This document shows, in pieces, positions 10,344-20,026 of a stretch of 46,896 bases of DNA. The stretch lies in the NCBI GenBank assembly GCA_025964465.1, contig JAOPYS010000244.1, forward strand, positions 1-46,896, in the 5' to 3' direction. This DNA comes from Thermoleophilia bacterium. Lineage in GTDB: Bacteria > Actinomycetota > Thermoleophilia > Gaiellales > SKUG01. The position numbers were made by a program, and so were the translations under genes. Every line of letters starts with the position of its first letter. Within the stretch, counting starts at the first letter, position 1. The notes under the pieces were generated by a model. It had not been told where the DNA came from. It was given only the letters and a program-made list of their open reading frames with translations, and ran no database searches.

Positions 10344-10368
10344 GTCGGCGCACCCTATCGAGCCGGCG

Positions 10369-10866
10369 TCAGCGCTCGGGGGCACCGAGTCGCAGCGCCG
10401 CGCTGCGCTCGTCGGCGATCTCGGCGGCGCGTACGAGGAAGCCCACGACCGAGGTCGCCTCCGCCAGGTCGGCGGTCATCTCCAGGATGGTGTCGGCGAG
10501 CTGCCGTGCAGCGGCGAGCCCGCTCGACGTCGCACGGACGGTGCTGTTGGCGTCGTCCGGGTCCTCGCTCCACTCGAGCGTGACGAGCCCCGCTCGACGC
10601 AGGGCGTCCAGCGTCACGGCGACGGGACCGGGCTCCATCCCGGTGACGAGGACGAGTTCGTCCGAGGTCGTCGGGACGGCGAGGCACGCGAGCACCCGTC
10701 GCTCGTCGGGCAGGATGCCCACGCTGCGCTCCCAACAGCCGGTGAGCCGGTCGTAGGCGCGCATGAGCCGCAGCATCGCGTGACTCGGCTCGGTGATGCT
10801 GGACGCATCGGGCCACGCCGGCGCGTCGTCTGTCGTCTGGTCGTCCACCGTGCTCCGAGTGGGCAT
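10369..10866 (-). CDS. MarR-family transcriptional regulator
   Basis: Winged-helix segment 'RRVLACLAVPTTSDELVLVTGMEPGPVAVTLDALRRAGLV'. Confidence 0.7.
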   Translation of the reverse strand: MPTRSTVDDQTTDDAPAWPDASSITEPSHAMLRLMRAYDRLTGCWERSVGILPDERRVLACLAVPTTSDELVLVTGMEPGPVAVTLDALRRAGLVTLEWSEDPDDANSTVRATSSGLAAARQLADTILEMTADLAEATSVVGFLVRAAEIADERSAALRLGAPER

Positions 10867-10881
10867 CGTGCGATGCCGACG

Positions 10882-10960
10882 CGGGGGCGTGGGTTGTCCC
10901 CGACAGTGTTCGGCGCTCGCGTCGGGGGCGTGGGTTGTCCCCGAGCGGTCGCCGCTCGCC
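10882..10960. repeat. two tandem copies (period 41 bp) of a 38-39-bp unit in the ANTAR-MarR intergenic region
   Basis: CGGGGGCGTGGGTTGTCCCCGA occurs at 10882-10903 and again at 10923-10944, each followed by a similar ..CG(G/C)CGCTCGC tail. Each core can fold as CGGGG/CCCCG with an 11-nt loop. Confidence 0.85.
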
Positions 10961-10993
10961 CACGCAGCACGCGTGGACGATCGAGTTGCCAGC

Positions 10994-11602
10994 TTACTCC
11001 CCCGCCCCCCGCGACAGCAGGGCGTTGCTCTCGATCAGCGCGGAGGCGACGTCGTGGATGCGGCGCCCGCTCGACTGCGAGTGCTCGCGCAGCACCGCAA
11101 ATGCGTTCTCCGCCGTCAGGCCGTCGCGGCCCATGAGGATGCCCTTGGCCTGCTCGAGCACCGCCCGGCGACCGAACGCCCCCTGCAGGCCTGCGTACGA
11201 GCGGAACCGCTCCAGCGCCACGGCGATCGCGCCACGCAGCTCGGTCTCGCTCGGGTCCACGATGCACGCGAACACGCCGCGCTTCGCCGCTTCCTGCACG
11301 TAGGCGTGGTCGTCGGTCGCGAGCACCGCGATCACGGGCGACGACGCCTCGCGGACGAGCTCCCCGATCAGGTCGAGCGCGTGGGCGGTCGATTCACCGA
11401 GCATGACGAGGGCGACGTCGGGGAGGGTGCTCGCCGTCAGTGCGGCGACCTCCGCCACCTCCAGCGAGGTGGCGACCACCTCGTGCCCGAGCGCCTGCAC
11501 GTCGAGGCGGAGGCGCTCGAGCTTGGCGGGCGTCTCGTCGGCGATGAGCACCCGGAGGCCTTCGGGAGCGTGTGGGGGCGGCGGGAGGATGGGATCAGCC
11601 AT
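10994..11602 (-). CDS. ANTAR-domain response-regulator-like protein (PdtaR/AmiR class)
   Basis: CheY-like N-terminus (RVLIADE..). C-terminal ANTAR 'RRAVLEQAKGILMGRDGLTAENAFAVLREHSQSSGRRIHDVA'. Confidence 0.85.
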   Translation of the reverse strand: MADPILPPPPHAPEGLRVLIADETPAKLERLRLDVQALGHEVVATSLEVAEVAALTASTLPDVALVMLGESTAHALDLIGELVREASSPVIAVLATDDHAYVQEAAKRGVFACIVDPSETELRGAIAVALERFRSYAGLQGAFGRRAVLEQAKGILMGRDGLTAENAFAVLREHSQSSGRRIHDVASALIESNALLSRGAGE

Positions 11603-11705
11603 GCGGTATCACTAGCACCTCCCGCCAGCGCGCGTCGCCATCTCGCAGGTGCGCCGCGACATCCCTTCGACGTTCGATGGGCCGTGCATCGGGTAGCCGC
11701 GTTCC

Positions 11706-12692
11706 ATGCCTTCTCCTGCACCCGCACCCCACCCCCTCGTCACCATCCCGACCACCGACATCCGCACGCCGCCGATCGCCCTCGGCGGCAACGTGTTCGG
11801 CTGGACGGCGGACGAGGCCGCGTCGATCGCCATCCTCGATGCGTTCGCGGCGGGTGGCGGCCGGATCATCGACACGGCCGACATGTACTCGCAGTGGGTC
11901 CCGGGCCACGAGGGCGGCGAGTCGGAGCGCACCATCGGGCGGTGGCTCGCCGGCTCGGGGCGGCGCGGCGACGTGGTGGTCGCGACCAAGGTCGGCAAGC
12001 TCGACGGGCGGCGCGGGCTCGCGCCCGACAACGTCTCAGCGGCTGCGGACGCGTCGCTCGAGCGGCTCGGGATCGACGCGATCGACCTCTTCTATGCGCA
12101 CGAGGACGATGCGTCGCAGACGATGGAGGAGATCGTGTCCTCGTTCGACGCGCTCGTCCGCGCGGGGAAGGTCCGGTACTGGGCGCTGTCGAACGTGTCG
12201 CCCGAGCGAACCGACGAGGCGGTGCAGGTGGCGGAGCGCGAGGGGTTGGCGCGCCCGGTGGCGGTGCAGCCGCACTTCAACCTCGTGCACCGCGCCGAGT
12301 ACGAGGACGGGCTCGCGCAGGTGGTCGAGCGCCACGACCTCGCGGTGCTGCCGTACTTCGGGCTCGCGAGCGGGTTCCTGACCGGCAAGTACGACCGCGA
12401 CAGCGCGCGCCGGCAGGCCGAGGGTGCCGCGCGGGGCGGGGCCGTCGGCCAGTACTTCACCGAGGCTGGGTTCGGGGTCGTCGACGCGTTGCGCGACGTG
12501 GCCGACGACCTCGGCACCGAGCCCGCCTCCGTGGCCCTGGCGTGGCTCGCCGCGCAGCCCGGCGCCGTCATCCCGATCGCGAGCGCGAGCCGCCCGGACC
12601 AGGTCGAGGGCCTGCTCGCGGCTGCGCACCTGTCGCTGCGTGACGACCACCTCGCCCGGCTCGACGAGGCGTCGCGCGGAGTCACCGCCTGA
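11706..12692 (+). CDS. aldo/keto reductase
   Basis: 'GGNVFGW', 'IDTADMYS', '[11 protein letters not shown]' and 'VVATKVG' match AKR family signatures. Confidence 0.85.
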   Translation: MPSPAPAPHPLVTIPTTDIRTPPIALGGNVFGWTADEAASIAILDAFAAGGGRIIDTADMYSQWVPGHEGGESERTIGRWLAGSGRRGDVVVATKVGKLDGRRGLAPDNVSAAADASLERLGIDAIDLFYAHEDDASQTMEEIVSSFDALVRAGKVRYWALSNVSPERTDEAVQVAEREGLARPVAVQPHFNLVHRAEYEDGLAQVVERHDLAVLPYFGLASGFLTGKYDRDSARRQAEGAARGGAVGQYFTEAGFGVVDALRDVADDLGTEPASVALAWLAAQPGAVIPIASASRPDQVEGLLAAAHLSLRDDHLARLDEASRGVTA

Positions 12693-12724
12693 TCCGCACG
12701 CCCCGGCGCCGGTAGGGTCGCGGC

Positions 12725-13954
12725 GTGTCCTCCCTCCTCTACATCGCCTCGATCGTCGCCCGTGCCGGTGGCGGCGGCAGCGGCGGGGGCGGTGGCGGCG
12801 GGGGAGGCGGCGGTGGCGCGCTCTTCTACCTGTTCCTGATCCTGCCGTGGTGGATGAAGATCATCGTGGTCATCGCGGTGATCTGGGCCGCGGTCGCGAG
12901 CTCACGGGCCGCGGCGCGGAAGCTCGCGGAGCGCCGGGCGCGCATCGCGGGGGAGCTGGCCGCCGCGGCCAGCATGGATTCGACGTGGAGCGCGGAGCTG
13001 ATCGACCGCGTCGTGCAGCGCACGTACGCGCCGCTGCAGGCGGCGTGGAGCGCCCTCGACCTGTCCACGATGCAGCTGCTGCTGACGCCCCGCCTCTACG
13101 AGAAGATGCGCCTCGAGCTGCAGGCGCTCACCGAGCTGGGCCGCCGCAACCTGATCAGCTCGCCGACGCTGCTGTCGCACGAGGTGATCGAGGTCGCCGA
13201 CGAGCAGGACGATGCCCGGGACCGCTTCGTGGTCGAGGTGCGCGCCACGGCGGACGATCGCCTCGTCCGCGCCGACACGGGCGAGCAGCTGCTGCGGGAC
13301 CGCTCCGCCTTCACGGAGTACTGGACCTTCCTGCGGGCCGGGTCGACGTGGCGCCTCGATGCGATCGAGCAGTCGACCGCCGACCCGAGCATGGAGGTGA
13401 CGGCGCTGCGCGAGTTCGCGGCGCGCAACGGGCTGCACTACGACGGGGACTTCGGCCGGATGCTGCTGCCCGAGCGCGGCGTGCTGTTCGGGGGCGCGTC
13501 GATGACCGACAGCGACGTCAACAACCACGTCATCGGCGAGGTGCGGGGGCGCCTCGTGCAGCTGTACACGTACTGCGAGTCCCCCGACGGCGAACGCTCC
13601 GGCTACACGACGGTGGTGCAGGCGGCGCTCCCGCGCACGTACGGCGACATCATCGTGCGCCGCCGCAAGCTGCTGCAGCGCACCCCGCGCGGGCTGCGCG
13701 AGTACGAACTCGAGAGCACCGAGTTCAACGAGCGCTACCGCGTGTACGCGGCGCCGGGCGACGACGTGTCGGCGTTCGAGCTGCTCAACCCCGCCTTCCT
13801 GGAGCGGCTCACCCTGCTGCTGGGCGAGGCCGGCATCGAGGCGGTCGGCAACTCGCTCTACCTGTTCGACGATTCGCGTTCGGGCGCCCTGGGCGTCCAG
13901 TACGAGACGATGCTCGGGCTGCTGCACACCGCCTTCGACGAGCTGCGGATGTGA
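12725..13954 (+). CDS. membrane protein with poly-Gly tract, Tim44-like middle and DUF3137-like C-terminal regions
   Basis: G/S run (12767-12817), then TM '[25 protein letters not shown]'. Domain assignment is from memory of family sequence patterns only. Confidence 0.5.
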   Translation: MSSLLYIASIVARAGGGGSGGGGGGGGGGGGALFYLFLILPWWMKIIVVIAVIWAAVASSRAAARKLAERRARIAGELAAAASMDSTWSAELIDRVVQRTYAPLQAAWSALDLSTMQLLLTPRLYEKMRLELQALTELGRRNLISSPTLLSHEVIEVADEQDDARDRFVVEVRATADDRLVRADTGEQLLRDRSAFTEYWTFLRAGSTWRLDAIEQSTADPSMEVTALREFAARNGLHYDGDFGRMLLPERGVLFGGASMTDSDVNNHVIGEVRGRLVQLYTYCESPDGERSGYTTVVQAALPRTYGDIIVRRRKLLQRTPRGLREYELESTEFNERYRVYAAPGDDVSAFELLNPAFLERLTLLLGEAGIEAVGNSLYLFDDSRSGALGVQYETMLGLLHTAFDELRM

Positions 13955-14364
13955 CGGGGGCGGTGGAGGAGCCCGCACATGCCCCGTCGAGGTGGCAGCG
14001 CGTCCAGGCGCGTGCCCGCGCGCTGCGGCAGGAGGTGCTCGCGCTGTACCTCGCCTGCCGCGATCCCGAGACGCCGAGGCTGGCGCGCGTGCTCGCCGGG
14101 GTGGTCGTCGCGTACGCGTTGAGCCCGATCGACCTCATCCCCGACGTCATCCCCGTGCTCGGGTACCTCGACGACCTCATCCTGCTCCCGCTCGGCATCG
14201 CCCTCGTGCTGCGGCTGATCCCCGCCGAGGTGATGGTGCGCAGCCGGGCGCGTGCGGCGGAGCTGCACGATCGGCCGGTCTCGCGGGGCGCGGCCGTCGC
14301 GGTCGTGGCCACATGGCTCGTCCTCGCGGGCGTCGCTGTCTGGGTCGTCCTGCGGCTCAGGTAG
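13951..14364 (+). CDS. DUF1232 (YkvA-like) membrane protein
   Basis: Tail of spurious long ORF 12424..14364. '[29 protein letters not shown]' is the DUF1232 signature. GTG 13951 overlaps the upstream stop (ATGTGA). Confidence 0.65.
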   Translation: MTGAVEEPAHAPSRWQRVQARARALRQEVLALYLACRDPETPRLARVLAGVVVAYALSPIDLIPDVIPVLGYLDDLILLPLGIALVLRLIPAEVMVRSRARAAELHDRPVSRGAAVAVVATWLVLAGVAVWVVLRLR

Positions 14365-15118
14365 CGCGGCGGGTGCGGTCGGCGAGCCCGTCCACGAGCA
14401 GGCCGAGGCCGAACTCGAAGCGCTCGTCGTCGCCGCCGCCGGTGAGCTCCTCCTGCATCGCGGCGATGTTGGGGAACCGCTCGCGCGGGAGGTCGTGGTA
14501 GTACTGGCGGATCTCCCGGAACCACTGCATGCCGGCTTCGTGGTCGCCGCCGAACCGGCGACCGAGGATCGCGCCCTCCACCGAATCCGCGTCGATGTAC
14601 TTGGCCAGCTGGTCGATGAACCAACCCGCGAGCTGCATGGGCACGCCGCCGGCGAGCATGATGCCGAGCAGCCGGTCGCTGAGCCGCAGTACGTTGGGCG
14701 TGGTGGGGATGTTGCCGAGCGAGATCACCGCGACGTCGTTGTGGGGCTTGTACGCCTGGCGGATCGCGCGGGCCACGTCCTTGAGCTGCTCCTGCCACCG
14801 CGCAGGGTCGGGGTCGGGCACGTCCACCGCGCCGAGCACCTCGTCCAGGACGAGGTCGAGCAGCTCCTGCTTGTCGCCCACGTGCGCGTAGAGCGAGGCG
14901 GGGCCGGTGCCCAGCTCGGTCGCGACGCGGCGCATGGAGACTGCGTCGAGGCCCTCTGCGTCGAGCACCTCGATGGCCGCCGCGACGATGCGCTCGCGCG
15001 ACAGGGTCGTGCGGGAGGTGGCGTGCGCGTCGTGGACGCCGCGTGCGCGGCGGTGCGCGCGCGAGCCCGGGCGCGGCGGGAGCGCGAGGTCGTCGGGAAC
15101 GGCACGGTCGGAGGTCAT
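14357..15118 (-). CDS. TetR-family transcriptional regulator
   Basis: '[42 protein letters not shown]' is a TetR HTH. ATG 15118 chosen inside listed ORF 14357..15373. Divergent from the efflux gene. Confidence 0.85.
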   Translation of the reverse strand: MTSDRAVPDDLALPPRPGSRAHRRARGVHDAHATSRTTLSRERIVAAAIEVLDAEGLDAVSMRRVATELGTGPASLYAHVGDKQELLDLVLDEVLGAVDVPDPDPARWQEQLKDVARAIRQAYKPHNDVAVISLGNIPTTPNVLRLSDRLLGIMLAGGVPMQLAGWFIDQLAKYIDADSVEGAILGRRFGGDHEAGMQWFREIRQYYHDLPRERFPNIAAMQEELTGGGDDERFEFGLGLLVDGLADRTRRAT

Positions 15119-15156
15119 TCGAGCCTCGAGGTTGCGCGACGCGGTCGCCGCGGGTA

Positions 15157-15186
15157 CAGTGTTCGACAGAGAGCGAACAGTGTTCG
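15157..15186. promoter_or_regulatory. putative TetR operator (nested inverted repeats)
   Basis: TGTTCG (15160-15165), 8 nt, then CGAACA-G-TGTTCG (perfect 13-bp palindrome 15174-15186). Lies in the 112-bp TetR/MFS divergent intergenic region. Confidence 0.6.
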
Positions 15187-15230
15187 TGCAGTGGCGATCA
15201 CCGTTCGCATCCAGTCTACCCGAGGCCGTC

Positions 15231-16715
15231 ATGACCGACACCGTCGCCGCAGCGCAGTCCTCCCCCATCTCCGACGAGCCCGTCCACGAGCCGTGGCCGC
15301 TGCGCTGGATCGCGCTGTTCGTGATCCTCTGCGCCGAGGTGATGGACCTGCTCGACGCGCTCGCGACCAACATCGCGGCGCCCTCGATCCGCGCGGACCT
15401 CGGCGGCAGCGAGACGCTCGTGCAGTGGCTCGGCGCGAGCTACACGCTGGCGATGGCGATCGGCCTGCTCACGGGCGGTCGCCTCGGCGACATCTTCGGC
15501 CGCCGCCGGATGTTCGCGATCGGCGCCGCCGGGTTCACCCTCGGATCGATCGGGTGCGGCCTCGCCGCCGACCCGTCCGTGCTCGTCGCAGCACGCCTGG
15601 TGCAGGGCCTGTTCGGCGCGATCATGCTCCCCCAGGGGCTCGGGATGATCCGCGAGATGTTCCCGCCGGCCGAGCGGGCCAAGGCGTTTGGGCTGTTCGG
15701 CCCGGTCATGGGGCTGTCGAGCATGGGCGGGCCGATCCTCGCCGGGTGGCTCGTCGACGCGGACTACTTCGGGTGGGGATGGCGGATGATCTTCCTCATC
15801 AATGTGCCGCTCGGCATCGCGGCGGTCGTCGGCGCCCGATACGTGCTGCCGGCGGGCCGCGGCGAGCGGCGCGTGCGGCTCGACCTGGTGGGCGCGGGCA
15901 TCGCATCGGTGGCGTCGGGCCTGCTGGTCTATCCGCTCGTGCAGGGGCGCGAGCACGACTGGCCGTGGTGGTCGTTCGCGATGCTCGCCGCGTCGGCCGT
16001 CACCTACGTCGTGTTCGCGCGCCAGCAGGTCAGCCGCTCACGGCGCGGGCTCGATCCGCTGGTCGAGCCGTCCCTGTTCCGCAAGCGCGCCTTCACGGGC
16101 GGGCTGCTGACCGGGCTGCTGTTCTTCGCCGCGCTCATCGGGTTCAGCCTGACCTTCACGCTGTTCCTGCAGGTGGGTCTCGGGTGGTCGCCGCTCAAGG
16201 CAGGCCTCGCCGGCATCCCCAACTCGCTCGGCACGGTGCTGGGCTTCGCACTCGGGGCGGGGCTCGCCGCGCGGATGGGCAAGCGCATCATGTACATCGG
16301 CGCGACCCTGTTCGGGGTCGGTGTCGCCGCGATGGCGCTGGTCGTCGCCGGCACGCACGACACGCCGACGATCTGGCAGCTGGCGGCGCCGATGGCGCTC
16401 GGCGGCGCCGGCATGGGCCTGTTCATGATGCCGTTCTTCGACCTCGTGCTCTCGAGCGTCGACGACCACGAGAGCGGATCGGCGTCGGGCACCATCAGCT
16501 CGGTGCAGCAGTTCGGCAGCGCGATCGGCATCGCCATCCTCGGCACCGTGTTCTTCCAGGTGGTGGACGGCCACGTGCGCACGGACGGCAGCGAGCATGC
16601 GTTCGGCCTCGCGATGCAGGTGGCGCTCTGGTGCGTGGTCGGCATCACGGTGCTCGCCGCGCTCTGCGTGAGCCTGCTGCCGATGCGCCCGCGCGAGGGT
16701 GTCAGTCCGCACTGA
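15231..16715 (+). CDS. MFS efflux transporter, DHA2 (EmrB/QacA, 14-TMS) type
   Basis: 'LDALATNIAAPSI', 'GRLGDIFGRRRMF' (motif A) and 'GPILAGWL' (motif C). About 14 hydrophobic segments. ATG 15231 chosen inside listed ORF 14907..16715. Confidence 0.85.
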   Translation: MTDTVAAAQSSPISDEPVHEPWPLRWIALFVILCAEVMDLLDALATNIAAPSIRADLGGSETLVQWLGASYTLAMAIGLLTGGRLGDIFGRRRMFAIGAAGFTLGSIGCGLAADPSVLVAARLVQGLFGAIMLPQGLGMIREMFPPAERAKAFGLFGPVMGLSSMGGPILAGWLVDADYFGWGWRMIFLINVPLGIAAVVGARYVLPAGRGERRVRLDLVGAGIASVASGLLVYPLVQGREHDWPWWSFAMLAASAVTYVVFARQQVSRSRRGLDPLVEPSLFRKRAFTGGLLTGLLFFAALIGFSLTFTLFLQVGLGWSPLKAGLAGIPNSLGTVLGFALGAGLAARMGKRIMYIGATLFGVGVAAMALVVAGTHDTPTIWQLAAPMALGGAGMGLFMMPFFDLVLSSVDDHESGSASGTISSVQQFGSAIGIAILGTVFFQVVDGHVRTDGSEHAFGLAMQVALWCVVGITVLAALCVSLLPMRPREGVSPH

Positions 16716-16726
16716 CGGCGCGGCTC

Positions 16727-16764
16727 CCCCTGCCGCTCGACGGGTGCTCGCCGAGCGGCAGGGG
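16727..16764. terminator. bidirectional stem-loop terminator between convergent genes
   Basis: Perfect 13-bp stem CCCCTGCCGCTCG / CGAGCGGCAGGGG with a 12-nt loop. Confidence 0.6.
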
Positions 16765-16781
16765 AGGCAGGCGCGCGGGGG

Positions 16782-17384
<603 letters not shown>

Positions 17385-17530
17385 GGAGGTACTCCTGTGT
17401 GGTGCGGGCCGCCGGCGGCGGTTCGCTGTGTCTGCCACACAGTCGCGGACGACGGGTCGCTCGCGCCACGCGACATTGGTCGTAGGACCCGCCTCGATCC
17501 CACCGACGCCGCGCCTCTAGGATCGCCGCC

Positions 17531-17938
17531 ATGCCGTTCACGCACGCGAACCTCGTCGATGACATCACGGACGTCGGCTCCAACTTCGACGGGCCGCCCG
17601 AGCTGGAGTTCCACCTGGCCACGAAGGAGCTCGGCCTCGAGCAATCGGGCCTGTGCCTGCAGCGCATCCCGCCGGGCTACCGCTTCCCCTACGGGCACAC
17701 GCATGCCACGCAGGAGGAGGTGTTCGTCGTCGTGGGCGGCTCGGGGCGCATGAAGCTCGACGACGAGGTAATCGAGCTGCGCAGGTGGGACGCCGTCCGC
17801 GTGCCGCCCGGCACCTGGCGCGGCTACGAGGCCGGTCCCGACGGCCTCCAGCTGATCGTGTCCGGCGCCCCCAACCTCGGCGACGACCCCCGGGGCGACG
17901 TCACCGGCACTCGCGACTGGTGGACCGACGGGGAGTGA
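17531..17938 (+). CDS. cupin-domain protein
   Basis: 'GHTHATQEEVFVVVGGSG..' and '..VRVPPGTWRG' match the two cupin motifs. Confidence 0.7.
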   Translation: MPFTHANLVDDITDVGSNFDGPPELEFHLATKELGLEQSGLCLQRIPPGYRFPYGHTHATQEEVFVVVGGSGRMKLDDEVIELRRWDAVRVPPGTWRGYEAGPDGLQLIVSGAPNLGDDPRGDVTGTRDWWTDGE

Positions 17939-17947
17939 TCCCGCGGC

Positions 17948-17965
17948 GGGACCCACCATGGTCCC
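17948..17965. terminator. weak stem-loop between convergent cupin and AI-2E genes
   Basis: GGGACC-CACCAT-GGTCCC. Confidence 0.3.
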
Positions 17966-17970
17966 CGGCG

Positions 17971-19176
17971 TCAGCTGGGCGCGGGCTCGGGCTCGGGTTC
18001 GGGCTCGGGCTCTGGCGGATGGATGGACGGCACGGGGACGGTCTCGACCTCGCCCGCGCGCCGGCGCAGGCGGTCGCTGATCACGATCTGCGCGATCCCC
18101 GCGAGCGGGATGGCGAGCACGATGCCGATGATGCCCAGCAGCTTGTCGCCGAGCAGGATCGAGATGAAGACGAAGAACGGTGACAACGCGATCGCCCGGC
18201 CGACGATCGCCGGATGCATGATCGCCCGTGCCACGAGGTGGTAGGCCAGCGACAACGCCAGCGCGACGAATCCCTGGACCGGCCCGACGCTGAACGCCGC
18301 GGCGATCGCCGGGATCGAACCGATGACCCCACCGACCACCGGGAGCAGCCCCCACACGCTGGCCCACAGTGCGATGGGGAGCGCGAACGGCGCGCCGATG
18401 ACCTCGAGGAGGATGAGGACCGCGATGCCGTCGATCAACGCGACGAGCAGCGTCCCCGCGACGTACCCCCCGATCGACGCGTACGACTCCTGCACGAGGC
18501 TCCACCAGCGCCGCTTGGCGAGCTGTGGCCAGACGTTCACGAGCCCCTGCGTGATCGCGCCCCCCTCGATCAACAGGAAGGCCGTCAACAGCACGAGCGT
18601 GAAGAACCCGGCGATCCCGCTGAGGGCGACGGCCAGCACGCTGCCGGCCTGGTCCACGAGCAGCCTCGGGAGACGCTCGGCGCTGTTCGACGCCTGGTCG
18701 ATCAGGTCATAGCGGTTGTCGAGCCGCGCGATCCAGTGGTGCGTGCGCAGGTCGTGGCCGAGCTGGGGCGCCTCTCGCGCCATCGCCGTGGACTGGTCGA
18801 CCAGTGGCGGGACGAGCGCGGAGACGAATCCCACCATCGCCGCTGCCCCCAGGATGAGGATGAGCGCAATCGCAGCCATGCGTGGTAGTCGCAGGGTGCG
18901 CTGGAACAGCCGCACGGCGGGGTCCAGCGCGATCGCCAGGAAGGTCGCGACCACGAGCAGGATCAGCACGCTCGCGATCAGGTGCGCCGCGGACACGACG
19001 AGCGCCGCGAGGATGACGTACGCGAGCACCTTGATGATCGTGCGATCGGGGATCTCGAGGCGCACCGTGCCGAGCACACCGTCGTCGTCCAGGTCGCCCG
19101 GCAGCTCCGAGGCGCGGTTCCGGTTGACGGGCCGGGGCAGCTTCACGATGCGGGTTCCGAGGTCATGCGAGGCCAC
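17971..19176 (-). CDS. AI-2E family transporter (PerM/UPF0118)
   Basis: Multi-TM protein with PerM-like helix spacing and a '..VPVVGGVIGSIPA..' region. The C-terminal (PE)n tail is encoded by a GGGCTC hexamer repeat at 17983-18012. Confidence 0.75.
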   Translation of the reverse strand: MASHDLGTRIVKLPRPVNRNRASELPGDLDDDGVLGTVRLEIPDRTIIKVLAYVILAALVVSAAHLIASVLILLVVATFLAIALDPAVRLFQRTLRLPRMAAIALILILGAAAMVGFVSALVPPLVDQSTAMAREAPQLGHDLRTHHWIARLDNRYDLIDQASNSAERLPRLLVDQAGSVLAVALSGIAGFFTLVLLTAFLLIEGGAITQGLVNVWPQLAKRRWWSLVQESYASIGGYVAGTLLVALIDGIAVLILLEVIGAPFALPIALWASVWGLLPVVGGVIGSIPAIAAAFSVGPVQGFVALALSLAYHLVARAIMHPAIVGRAIALSPFFVFISILLGDKLLGIIGIVLAIPLAGIAQIVISDRLRRRAGEVETVPVPSIHPPEPEPEPEPEPAPS

Positions 19177-19219
19177 CTACCCGCTCCGGGCCACGGTGAT
19201 CACGCGCGCCCCGCGGAGC

Positions 19220-19852
19220 CTAGGCGACGACGATCGTGTAGTTCTCGAAGTCGGTCTGCCCGAGCCGGTCGGTCACCTGCAGCTGGAAGGTGTACGTCCC
19301 CGCGAGGGTCGGCGTGCCGATGATGTTCGCAGAGTCCGGGCCCTGCAGGTTGGGGCCTGACATCCCGACCGGGATCGAGCCGCCGGTGACCACGAAGCGC
19401 AGGTCGCCGAAGCCGTTGGTCGCGCAGCCGGTCGTCGGGAAGTAGAGCGTGCTGTTGGTGTTGCGCGTGAAGGTCGTCGCGCCCGCGGGCGTCACGAGCC
19501 GGCACGTGCCGCTCGACGCCGGAGGCGGGGTCGTGACGGGCACCGTCGTCGGCGTGCATCCGGAGATGCGGACGGTCGCAGAGGGCGTCTGTCGGTCGCT
19601 GACCACGATCGTGCAGTCGGGCGCCGTGAAGTTGGTGGCCTGGATCTTGAACTGGCCCTTCGTGTCGGAGCGGATGCCGGCGGCGCTCGTCGTGGACTCG
19701 GCGGTCGTGAAGATCCCCGGCGCGGCGTTCGAGCCCTCCACACGGAGCTGGCCCGCGGAGAGCGATGCCTTCGAGACGGTGACGGCGGAGGCCGTGGTGG
19801 GCAGGGCGAGCGCCGCGAAGGCGGCGACGAGGATGAGGAGCGAGCGATGCAT
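19220..19852 (-). CDS. secreted protein with He_PIG-type Ig-like domain
   Basis: Signal peptide 'MHRSLLILVAAFAALALPTTASA'. C-terminus 'IIGTPTLAGTYTFQLQVTD'. Confidence 0.6.
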   Translation of the reverse strand: MHRSLLILVAAFAALALPTTASAVTVSKASLSAGQLRVEGSNAAPGIFTTAESTTSAAGIRSDTKGQFKIQATNFTAPDCTIVVSDRQTPSATVRISGCTPTTVPVTTPPPASSGTCRLVTPAGATTFTRNTNSTLYFPTTGCATNGFGDLRFVVTGGSIPVGMSGPNLQGPDSANIIGTPTLAGTYTFQLQVTDRLGQTDFENYTIVVA

Positions 19853-20026
19853 GACGGGTGATCCTTCTCGGAGTGGCCCGCGGCGGTTTCCGCAGGTGCC
19901 ACCGCATCATCGCGACGGACCGCCGACCGGTCCATGGGACCTTGGTCGTACGACCCGGAGGCAGGTCGCGCACGACGATCGCCCTGCGCGGCTACAGGTC
20001 GGGGCTGGCGGGCCGATAGTTCGACC

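Noticed and set aside
7173-10583. Very long ORFs such as 7173..10583 (1136 aa), 5029..6921, 12424..14364 (N-terminal part), 14252..16855, 19907..21742, 41776..43623 and 41940..43673
   Set aside because: They are Arg/Ala/Pro/Gly-rich and lie antisense or out of frame to ORFs with clear family motifs and proper GC3 bias. These are typical shadow ORFs of very high-G+C DNA.
10882-10960. The tandem repeat as a canonical ANTAR dual-hairpin target
   Set aside because: ANTAR targets have two short stems with hexanucleotide loops (A at position 1, G at position 4). The best folds here have 11-nt or 4-5-nt loops. It is kept only as an unexplained repeat.
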